A DNA stretch of 36,610 nt. Source: an uncultured Muribaculaceae bacterium. Lineage in GTDB: Bacteria; Bacillota_I; Bacilli_A; RF39; UBA660. The position numbers were made by a program, and so were the translations under genes. Position 1 is the stretch's first letter, and every line of letters begins with the position of its first letter. This document shows positions 23,666 through 31,520 of the stretch, in pieces. Location: NCBI GenBank assembly GCA_964637865.1, contig CAZWXX010000001.1:1-36610 (forward strand). Direction: 5' to 3'. The notes below the pieces were generated by a model that was given only the letters and a program-made list of their open reading frames with translations, was not told the DNA's origin and searched no databases.

Positions 23666-25355
23666 ATTTAAAAAATATATTAGTAATCATAAATTCTATT
23701 TAGGAGTTATGATTTTCTTTACATTATGTTTGTCTATTATTGTTTCGCAAGTTGTACTGTATGCTGATGATTTTTCATTGCATGCAAAAGCATTAAAATA
23801 TGATATTAATATTGTATTACATGAGTTTTCTTATATATACTCCCATTGGGGTGGGGGACCTACTCCAGGATTTGCAATTATTGTCTTAATGTTAGGGTTA
23901 ACTTTTTGGAAAATTATGAATATTATTATGATTTCATCTAGTGTTCATATGTTTGTAAATATGGTTATTCCTAAGAATAAAAGAAATGATAAAAATCGAT
24001 CATTGGTTGCATTTATTGTTTGGTCGTTTATCTTTTTAATGAATATTGGAATATCTAGGGAAACTATGTTTTGGTTTGATGGTTCTATGGCCTATGTTTT
24101 AACTACTTTTCTTTCTATCAGTTATATATATTGTTGTTATAAATTTATTTTAGAAGGAAAAAAAGTGCTTAATTGGCATTATGTTGCAATGTGTGTATTA
24201 GGATTTTTTGCTGGCTGGAATGGTCCTCAAGCAGGTGCAATTACGGTTTTAATTGGTTTTCTATTTGTTTTATGGCAGAAATTTATAAAGAAAGAAAAAG
24301 TTAATAAACTTATTCTTATTAGTAATTTTTTTCTTTTAGCGGGATTTATTATTTTATATATTGCGCCGGGTAATGCTATTCGTGCTGCTACTTTTAAAGA
24401 GTATAGTGCATTAGGATTTTTGGATAAAATTATTTATAGATTAGATGTTGTGGTTGATTTAGTAACAAATTGTACTGCTCATAGTCATTTTATGTTACCT
24501 ACTTATTTTTATATGTTTGCTATTTTATTAGTTGGAGTTTCTTGTGCGATTAAAAATAAAATTGCTAAAAGGGACAAAAAACTATATATGCTTTCCATTA
24601 TTATTAGTATTGCTTATATATTTTTATATGGTTTATATCTATATGGTGGACAAAATCATATGATTTATAGTTTTTTACATGAGATTTTTAATTATACGAT
24701 TGAAGGAAAAAATGGTGTTTTTGATATTCTTATTTTGTATTTCAATTATGCATTTTTTATTTCATTTCTTTTATCTTTGCTATATTTGTCATGGCAAGTT
24801 TCTAAAAATAGAAATCAAATTATGCTTTTTATAGCTTTTATAGGTGCTATCGGAACACAGGTTGCGATGTTAATGGCGCCTTATTCACCACCACGTTCTA
24901 TTTATATTACTATTATATTTTTTGTTTTGGCAATTGCTATTTTAGTATATGAATTACGAGATAATAAAGAAGTACTTGCAATTTGTATGATTAGTGGTTT
25001 ATGTTTTTACCAGATAGAATATGCTTTATGGTTGATTATTATATTTATTCTTCTTCATTATCTTCCACGTAAAGTAAATTACTATTATTTAGTATTCATT
25101 ATGATTTTAGTACCTGTAATTTCTACTATTATGATTACTTTTAAAGGCTATCGTATGTCTAGACGAGATAATATGTTTAATTTACAACAAATTGAAAAGT
25201 TTAAAGATAAGGGACAAAAAGGTACACTCGTGTTTTATAAATTACGTGATGAAAACTTTGCTTTTACACCACTTTATTCTGATGCTCAATGGATTCGAGA
25301 TGATGTTATAAAATATTTTAATTTAAAGAATAATGTTAAAATTAAAGTGAAATAA
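23655..25355 (+). CDS. Large polytopic membrane protein, candidate GT-C-fold glycosyltransferase (DUF6056-like)
   Basis: 566 aa with at least 12 predicted TM helices. Acidic YADDF motif lies immediately after TM1, the position of catalytic Asp residues in GT-C enzymes. ~70-aa hydrophilic C-terminus. RBS AAGGAGG; 11-nt overlap with rmlB. Confidence 0.5.
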   Translation: MINKFKKYISNHKFYLGVMIFFTLCLSIIVSQVVLYADDFSLHAKALKYDINIVLHEFSYIYSHWGGGPTPGFAIIVLMLGLTFWKIMNIIMISSSVHMFVNMVIPKNKRNDKNRSLVAFIVWSFIFLMNIGISRETMFWFDGSMAYVLTTFLSISYIYCCYKFILEGKKVLNWHYVAMCVLGFFAGWNGPQAGAITVLIGFLFVLWQKFIKKEKVNKLILISNFFLLAGFIILYIAPGNAIRAATFKEYSALGFLDKIIYRLDVVVDLVTNCTAHSHFMLPTYFYMFAILLVGVSCAIKNKIAKRDKKLYMLSIIISIAYIFLYGLYLYGGQNHMIYSFLHEIFNYTIEGKNGVFDILILYFNYAFFISFLLSLLYLSWQVSKNRNQIMLFIAFIGAIGTQVAMLMAPYSPPRSIYITIIFFVLAIAILVYELRDNKEVLAICMISGLCFYQIEYALWLIIIFILLHYLPRKVNYYYLVFIMILVPVISTIMITFKGYRMSRRDNMFNLQQIEKFKDKGQKGTLVFYKLRDENFAFTPLYSDAQWIRDDVIKYFNLKNNVKIKVK

Positions 25356-25366
25356 TACTTTCTTTC

Positions 25367-25395
25367 TTGCAAATAATAGAGTTTTATAGTATAAT
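25367..25395 (+). promoter_or_regulatory. Near-consensus sigma-A promoter
   Basis: -35 TTGCAA (25367-25372), 17-nt spacer, -10 TATAAT (25390-25395), 30 nt upstream of ATG 25425. Confidence 0.65.
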
Positions 25396-25424
25396 AATGC
25401 CCAGTTATTTAAGGGGGATTTTTG

Positions 25425-26135
25425 ATGAAGAAAAAAGAGATAGAGATATTAAAAAGTAGAAATTTGATTGTAAAGGTTGTTTTAGTTTGTATTATTATCT
25501 TATTGAGTTTTATGCTAGTGTTACAAAAAATGACACTTAGTAAAGAAATATTATATAATCCATATGATATTAAAACGGCTGATATGGATAATTTTGTTTT
25601 ATTAGGTGATTCTATTACTGCTGGCTATCCAGTAGAGGAATTTTTTGATGATTTGCCAGTTGTTAATAGTGGAGTGAACGGTTATACTACAACTGATATT
25701 TTAGATCATTTAGAAGAGATGGTTTCTGTTTATAATCCTACTAAAGTATTTTTATTAATAGGTGTTAATGATATTCGTGGCAATGTTGATATTAAAAAAG
25801 TTGTTGATAATATCTCAAAAATTATTAATCAAATAAAAAAACTTAGACCTAGTGCTAAAATTTATTTGGAATCTATTTATCCAATCAATGATACAGATCA
25901 AGATTCTATTGATCATGATGCTGTAGCAGGACGAAAAAATAGTGATATTCAATCTATTAATAAGCAGTTAGCTAAGAAATATAAAGATAGTGATGTTACT
26001 TATATTGATGTTTATAAGGAATTGGCTGATAAAGATGGAAACTTGCAGTTGAAATATACTCAAGAAGGTGTTCATATGAGTTCCTTGGGCTATTTAAAAG
26101 TTACAAAAGTGTTACTTCCTTATTTTCAAGATTAA
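25425..26135 (+). CDS. Membrane-anchored SGNH/GDSL hydrolase-type esterase/acyltransferase
   Basis: N-terminal TM IVKVVLVCIIILLSFMLVL. SGNH blocks: I LLGDSITAG, II GVNGYTT, III LIGVNDI, V QEGVHMS. RBS AAGGGGGA. Confidence 0.85.
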   Translation: MKKKEIEILKSRNLIVKVVLVCIIILLSFMLVLQKMTLSKEILYNPYDIKTADMDNFVLLGDSITAGYPVEEFFDDLPVVNSGVNGYTTTDILDHLEEMVSVYNPTKVFLLIGVNDIRGNVDIKKVVDNISKIINQIKKLRPSAKIYLESIYPINDTDQDSIDHDAVAGRKNSDIQSINKQLAKKYKDSDVTYIDVYKELADKDGNLQLKYTQEGVHMSSLGYLKVTKVLLPYFQD

Positions 26136-26169
26136 GTATTAATTGTACACTAATATATAGGAGGGTAAG

Positions 26170-26640
26170 ATGATAAAAGTGATGTTTATTTCTTCAACTG
26201 GAGGACATTTGTCGGAGTTATTGCAGTTAAATTCTTTGTTTTCAAAGTATGATTATCAAATTGTAACAGAAAAAACTAAAAGTACTAAAAATTTAACTAA
26301 AAAGTATTCAGGTCATATAAATTATCTTATGTTTGGAACAAAAGATCATCTTTTTACTTATCCATTTAGACTTTTCTATAATTGTCTGAAAAGTTTTTAC
26401 TTTTATTTGAAATATCAACCTGATGTTATTATTACTACTGGGGCACATACTGCTGGTCCTATGTGTTGTTTAGGAAAGATATTTGGTAGTAAAATTATTT
26501 ATATTGAATCCTTTGCTAATATAAATACAAAAACGTTGACAGGAAGAATTATCTATCATTTTGCTGATTTATTTGTTGTTCAATGGAAAGGAATGCTTGA
26601 ATTATATCCTGATGCTATTTATGGGGGAAAGATTTTCTAG
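26170..26640 (+). CDS. Alg14-like / PssD/Cps14F-like glycosyltransferase accessory subunit
   Basis: 156 aa. MFISSTGGHLSELLQL and ITTGAHTAGPMC motifs typical of the N-terminal half of a split MurG/GT28-like enzyme. Confidence 0.8.
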   Translation: MIKVMFISSTGGHLSELLQLNSLFSKYDYQIVTEKTKSTKNLTKKYSGHINYLMFGTKDHLFTYPFRLFYNCLKSFYFYLKYQPDVIITTGAHTAGPMCCLGKIFGSKIIYIESFANINTKTLTGRIIYHFADLFVVQWKGMLELYPDAIYGGKIF

Positions 26641-26648
26641 GAGGAATT

Positions 26649-27539
26649 ATGATATTAGTTACATTAGGAACACAAGATAAAGATTTTTCTAGATTGTTGA
26701 GTGCAATAGAAAGAGAAATTAATAGGGGGAGTATTCAACAAAAGGTAATTGTACAAGCAGGGTGTACACGATACAAGTCTAATGCTATGGAAGTATTTGA
26801 TTTAATTTCTTCTGATGAATTAGATCGTTTAATGCGAGAAGCGGATATTGTAATTACTCATGGTGGTGTTGGTTCTATTATTACAGCATTAAAATATCAT
26901 AAAAAAGTTATTGCAGCAGCACGATTAAAAAAATATGGGGAACATACTAATGATCATCAAACACAAATTGTTAAGGAGTTTGCTAAACAAGGATATTTAT
27001 TAGAATTGCGTGATTTTAATAGTTTAGGGAAATTATTAAAAAAAATAGAAAAATTTTCTCCTAAATCTTATCACTCAGATAATGATAAAATGATTCATTT
27101 GGTGGATGATACTATACAAAAGTGGAGTGTAAATGGCATTTTTTCTAGAAGTCAGAAATTGCGTGAATTATTTTTGTATCTGTTTTTTGGTGTTTTTACT
27201 ACTGTTATTAATATTTTGACATACTATATTTTTGCAAGGCTATTTTCTGTTTATTATCAACTAAGTAATATAATTGCTTGGATTCTATCAGTTTTATTTG
27301 CTTTTATCACTAATAAATTATTTGTATTTCAAAGTAAGAAAGTATCAGTTGTTGATAACTTAAAGGAAGTTTTTTCTTTCTTTATCTTTCGGATTTTGTC
27401 TCTTCTTTTTGATATGTTCTTTATGTATATAATGGTTTCTTTTTTAAGTATAGATGATTTAGTTTCAAAAATTATTGTTAATGTTTTAGTTATTATTATA
27501 AATTATTTGATTAGTAAAATTCTTGTTTTTAAAAGGTAG
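26649..27539 (+). CDS. Fusion protein: Alg13-like (Glyco_tran_28_C, PssE/Cps14G-like) catalytic subunit plus a C-terminal GtrA-like 4-TM domain
   Basis: N-terminal ~160 aa: MILVTLGTQDKDFSRLL, ADIVITHGGVGSI, GEHTNDHQTQIV. C-terminal ~125 aa: four TM helices with GtrA-like LFLYLFFGVFTTVINILTYYIF...NKLFVF...ISKILVFK. Confidence 0.75.
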   Translation: MILVTLGTQDKDFSRLLSAIEREINRGSIQQKVIVQAGCTRYKSNAMEVFDLISSDELDRLMREADIVITHGGVGSIITALKYHKKVIAAARLKKYGEHTNDHQTQIVKEFAKQGYLLELRDFNSLGKLLKKIEKFSPKSYHSDNDKMIHLVDDTIQKWSVNGIFSRSQKLRELFLYLFFGVFTTVINILTYYIFARLFSVYYQLSNIIAWILSVLFAFITNKLFVFQSKKVSVVDNLKEVFSFFIFRILSLLFDMFFMYIMVSFLSIDDLVSKIIVNVLVIIINYLISKILVFKR

Positions 27540-27547
27540 GTGTTCTT

Positions 27548-28495
27548 ATGAAAAAAGATAAAATATCTGTAGTAATTCCTTGCTATAATGAAGAAGAGGC
27601 TATTCCTATTTTTTATGATTCAATTAATAAAATTTCTAAAAAGATGGATCAAGTTCAATTTGAATTTTTATTTATTAATGATGGAAGCTTTGATAGTACT
27701 CTGGAAAAGATCAAAGAATTAGCTACGAAGGATAAAAGGGTACGATATTTATCATTTTCTAGGAACTTTGGAAAAGAGGCTGGTATGTATGCAGGATTTG
27801 AAAATGTGACTGGTAATTATGTTGCGATTATGGATGTAGATATGCAAGATCCACCGGAAATGCTTTTAACGATGTATAGAGAAATTCAACAGGGAGATTA
27901 TGATTGCATTGGGTTACGTACTAATTCTCATGAAGGATATTCTTTTTTACGAAAAATATGTACAAAATGTTGGTATAAATTGATTGGAACTATCTCTTCT
28001 ATTCAACAGGTTCCAGGTGCTCGTGATTTTAGGTTAATGAAACGTCAAATGGTAGATTCTATCATTGCTATGAAAGAATATAACCGTTATTCAAAAGGGA
28101 TTTTTGGTTTTGTTGGTTTTTCTACTAAATGGATTGTTTATGATGCACCTGCTCGAGTAGTTGGAAAGACTACTTGGAACTTTTGGAAACTATTTAAATA
28201 TGCATTAGAGGGAATTCTTGCTTTTTCAACTACGCCTCTTGTATTATCGGCTTTTATTGGTTTATTTTTTTGTTTTATTTCATTTATTGTAATTTTTGTA
28301 ATTATTGTTAAGACTCTTATTTGGGGGGATCCTGTTGGAGGGTGGCCTTCTCTTGCGTGTATTATTATGTTTGTTAGTGGCATTCAGTTGTTTTTTTTCG
28401 GGATTATGGGAATGTATTTGTCAAAAGCATATTTAGAAGTAAAAAAACGTCCAATTTATATTGTTAAAGAAACAGAAAAGGATTTAAAAAAGTAG
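27548..28495 (+). CDS. Polyprenyl-phosphate glycosyltransferase, GT2, GtrB/CsbB-like
   Basis: ISVVIPCYNEEEAI, INDGSFDST, SRNFGKEAGMYAGF, DVDMQDPPE, two C-terminal TMs. Confidence 0.87.
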   Translation: MKKDKISVVIPCYNEEEAIPIFYDSINKISKKMDQVQFEFLFINDGSFDSTLEKIKELATKDKRVRYLSFSRNFGKEAGMYAGFENVTGNYVAIMDVDMQDPPEMLLTMYREIQQGDYDCIGLRTNSHEGYSFLRKICTKCWYKLIGTISSIQQVPGARDFRLMKRQMVDSIIAMKEYNRYSKGIFGFVGFSTKWIVYDAPARVVGKTTWNFWKLFKYALEGILAFSTTPLVLSAFIGLFFCFISFIVIFVIIVKTLIWGDPVGGWPSLACIIMFVSGIQLFFFGIMGMYLSKAYLEVKKRPIYIVKETEKDLKK

Positions 28496-28521
28496 AATTC
28501 TATTTAAATAGAGGTGAAAAT

Positions 28522-29472
28522 ATGAAAAAGTTATTCCTTGCTATTTTTGTTAGTTTATACTTATTTCTTTTTTTATTTCTTTTTTTGTTTTATAGTCCTT
28601 TTTCTATTTTTAGGGATTATTTTATCACAACAGTTATGACTACTAAATCTCATCAATATTTTGCTAAAATATTTTATCATGATAGAGATATTTTAAAAGT
28701 AATATCTTCTCATAAAATATTTGAGGTAAAAGATATTACTGATTTGAACAAAATTGAAATAAATAGTAAACGTAAAAATAAACTCTATCAAAAAAAGAAA
28801 ATTTATGGTTATGGTTATACAGGTTATTTAATTGAAGTTTATAATCCTAGTAGAGTGCATATTGTTACTTCTTCGAAATTAGGGAATGAAGGTGAAACTG
28901 TATTGGATATTTCTAGGAGAGAAAATGCAAAAATTGTTATGAATGCTGGTGGATTTTTTGATCCTAATTGGTCTAGTAATGGTGCTATTCCTCATGGAAC
29001 TGTAATCAGAAATGGAAAAATTATTAGTCGGTATGGTATTTCTAATGTTGGTGGAGGATTTGTTGGACTTACTAAAGAGGGAAAATTATTTTTAGGTAAT
29101 GTTACAGAGGAGGAGGTTTTGAGAAAAGGAGTCGTTGATGCCATCCAATTTGGTCCTTTTTTGATTATTAATGGAAAAACTAGTACAGTGATTGGAAATG
29201 GTGGTTGGGGAATTGCTCCTCGAAGTGTTATTGGACAAAGAAAAGACGGTACAATTTTGTTGTTAGTGATTAATGGGCGGATTCCTTCTAGTATTGGTGC
29301 TACTATGCAAGATCTTATTGATATTATGAGAAGAGAAAAGGCTTATAATGCAGTTAATATGGATGGTGGTTCTTCGTCTTCTTTAGTTGTTCACCAAAAA
29401 GTGATTAATTATCCAGTAGGAGGAGGGAAAAGTGGATTACGAAAATTACCTGTTTTTTGGATTGTAAAGTAA
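28522..29472 (+). CDS. Membrane-anchored phosphodiester glycosidase family protein (NAGPA / DUF2233-like)
   Basis: N-terminal TM (LFLAIFVSLYLFLFLFLFLFY) then NAGGFFDP, FGPFLIINGK, APRSVIGQRKDGTILLLVINGR and NMDGGSSSSL, the NAGPA-domain pattern. Confidence 0.78.
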   Translation: MKKLFLAIFVSLYLFLFLFLFLFYSPFSIFRDYFITTVMTTKSHQYFAKIFYHDRDILKVISSHKIFEVKDITDLNKIEINSKRKNKLYQKKKIYGYGYTGYLIEVYNPSRVHIVTSSKLGNEGETVLDISRRENAKIVMNAGGFFDPNWSSNGAIPHGTVIRNGKIISRYGISNVGGGFVGLTKEGKLFLGNVTEEEVLRKGVVDAIQFGPFLIINGKTSTVIGNGGWGIAPRSVIGQRKDGTILLLVINGRIPSSIGATMQDLIDIMRREKAYNAVNMDGGSSSSLVVHQKVINYPVGGGKSGLRKLPVFWIVK

Positions 29473-29491
29473 ATATTATTGTTGTGTTTTT

Positions 29492-29519
29492 AACTTTCTT
29501 GAAAAAGTTCTTTTTTTTT
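29492..29519 (+). terminator. Weak candidate terminator overlapping the next promoter
   Basis: AACTTT (29492-29497), loop CTTGAA, AAAGTT (29504-29509), then C plus T9 (29511-29519). The stem is only 6 bp and AT-rich. Confidence 0.35.
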
Positions 29520-29527
29520 ACTATAAT
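29499..29527 (+). promoter_or_regulatory. Sigma-A-type promoter for the export/polymerisation block
   Basis: -35 TTGAAA (29499-29504), 17-nt spacer, -10 TATAAT (29522-29527), 33 nt upstream of ATG 29560. Confidence 0.6.
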
Positions 29528-29559
29528 GGTATTAGTTTTAAAATCAGGAGTGAAGTTGG

Positions 29560-30654
29560 ATGAGAAAGAAAAAATTATTATTTTTAGGATATGATTTAAG
29601 AATTGGGGGAATAGAAAATGCCCTTATTGCTTTACTACATAATATTAATTATCAAAAGTATGATGTAACATTAATATTAGAAAAAGTTAATCCAAATGAA
29701 ATAAAGAGAGTTCCAAGTCAAGTTAGAATACAAGAATATAAAGTTAGTAATCATTCTATTTTGTTTTTTCGAAAGATTTCTAATCTTTTCAGAAGAATTC
29801 GTTTTTTTATAAAAAATTATCATCGTTATCAATTCTCATGTAGTTATGCTACTTATTCTATTCCAGGTAGTGTACTTGCTCGAATTGCATCATCTAATAA
29901 TAGTCTTTATGTTCATAGTAATTATGCTCAGTTATATAATAGAACAGAGTTTGTAAACTTTTTTAATCATTTGAAAATAGATAAGTTTCGGACTATTTTC
30001 TTTGTATCTAATGAATCAAAAGCTGATTTTTTAAAGTATTTTCCTTTCTTGGCTACTAAGACTGTTGTATGCAATAATTTTATTGATGGACACTTAATTT
30101 TGGAAAAATCATTACAAGAGATTAATATTGAGAGAAAGTCACAATTTGTTCTTACTTTTGTTGGACGTTTAGATGATACTTCTAAACAATTAACGAAGTT
30201 GTTTTCTGTTATAGAGTATTTAAAGTCTCATCATGTTTCTGTAGAATGTTGGATTGTAGGTGATGGACCTGATAGAGAAAAATATGTAAAAATTGTTAGA
30301 ACTATGAAATTAGAAAAATCAATTTTATTTTTTGGAAGGCAAAATAATCCATATCCTTATATGAGAAAAAGTGATTTTATTATTCTTACTTCTAAGTATG
30401 AGGGATTTCCAGTTGTTTATTTGGAAAGTATTATTTTAAAGAAAAAAATTATTTCTACTATTGATGTTAGTGATGAATTTATATCTATTCCAAATCGATT
30501 TGGTTATATTATTTCGCAAGATGAAGAAAAAATGAAAAAAGAAGTTTTTGATATTTTAGAAGATGACTCTTTAGAATATGAAAATATTGATTTTTCTATT
30601 TTGAATAAGCAAAAGCAGGAGATATTAGAAGCTATATTTGACCAATTGTGTTAA
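29560..30654 (+). CDS. Family 4 (GT-B) glycosyltransferase
   Basis: LRIGGIENAL N-terminus and C-terminal EX7E region SKYEGFPVVYLESI. Confidence 0.85.
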   Translation: MRKKKLLFLGYDLRIGGIENALIALLHNINYQKYDVTLILEKVNPNEIKRVPSQVRIQEYKVSNHSILFFRKISNLFRRIRFFIKNYHRYQFSCSYATYSIPGSVLARIASSNNSLYVHSNYAQLYNRTEFVNFFNHLKIDKFRTIFFVSNESKADFLKYFPFLATKTVVCNNFIDGHLILEKSLQEINIERKSQFVLTFVGRLDDTSKQLTKLFSVIEYLKSHHVSVECWIVGDGPDREKYVKIVRTMKLEKSILFFGRQNNPYPYMRKSDFIILTSKYEGFPVVYLESIILKKKIISTIDVSDEFISIPNRFGYIISQDEEKMKKEVFDILEDDSLEYENIDFSILNKQKQEILEAIFDQLC

Positions 30655-30710
30655 TTTGGTTGGAGATTAAAACTTTTTTTGATATAATGTTTTTGATAGA
30701 AGGAGGATTT

Positions 30711-31511
30711 ATGATAAAAAATGTATTACAAAATTTTAAAAGATATTCATTTTTAATGCAACAGATGATTATGCGCGACTTTAAAGTTAAATATAAACGT
30801 TCTGTACTTGGGGTACTATGGAGTTTACTATATCCGTTACTTATGATGATAGTAATGGCTATTGTATTTTCGCATATGTTTCGTTTTTCGATGGAAGGTG
30901 TGAATTATTTAGTTTATTTGATGACAGGACTTGTTGTATGGAATTATTTTTCAGAGGCTTCTAATTTAGGAATGACATCTATTGTATCTAATTTTGCTCT
31001 GATGACAAAGGTTTATATTCCAAAATATATTTTTCCTTTAGCAAAATGTTTATTTGTAGGAATTAACTTTTTGTTGTCTCTTATCCCACTATTGCTTATT
31101 ATTTTATTTACTGGAAGTGCTGATACTAAATGTGTAATTAATATATACTATTTACTTCTTCCATATGCTTTTATTTGTCTTTTATTCTTTACAGTTGGAA
31201 TCAGTTTTATTACTTCTACTATTTCCGTGTTTTTAAGAGATATGTTTTATATTTATGGAATTATCTTAACTATTTGGCAGTATTTTACTCCTATTTTCTA
31301 TGATATAAAAATGCTTCCTCAAAATTTACAAGTTTTATTTCAATTAAATCCAATATATCAATTTTTGACATTTATTAGGACGATTATTATTTATAATCAA
31401 TTACCATCTTTACAAAACATATTGATGTGTGCTTTGTATGCAATTGGAACCTTTATCATTGGATGTATTGTTTTTAGAAAAAATCAAGATAAATTTATTT
31501 ATTATGTATAG
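30711..31511 (+). CDS. ABC-2 type polysaccharide/teichoic-acid export permease (TagG/Wzm-like)
   Basis: RDFKVKYKRSVLGVLWSLLYPLLMM signature of ABC-2 glycopolymer exporters, six TM helices. RBS AGAAGGAGGA precedes ATG 30711; the track start at 30648 overlaps the upstream gene. Confidence 0.88.
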   Translation: MIKNVLQNFKRYSFLMQQMIMRDFKVKYKRSVLGVLWSLLYPLLMMIVMAIVFSHMFRFSMEGVNYLVYLMTGLVVWNYFSEASNLGMTSIVSNFALMTKVYIPKYIFPLAKCLFVGINFLLSLIPLLLIILFTGSADTKCVINIYYLLLPYAFICLLFFTVGISFITSTISVFLRDMFYIYGIILTIWQYFTPIFYDIKMLPQNLQVLFQLNPIYQFLTFIRTIIIYNQLPSLQNILMCALYAIGTFIIGCIVFRKNQDKFIYYV

Positions 31512-31520
31512 GAGGAGTAT

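Noticed and set aside
28555-28595. The short tandem DNA repeat TTATTTCTTTTT encoding LFLFLFLFLF.
   Set aside because: It lies within the N-terminal TM helix of the NAGPA-like protein. This is compositional low complexity in an AT-rich genome with no independent feature.
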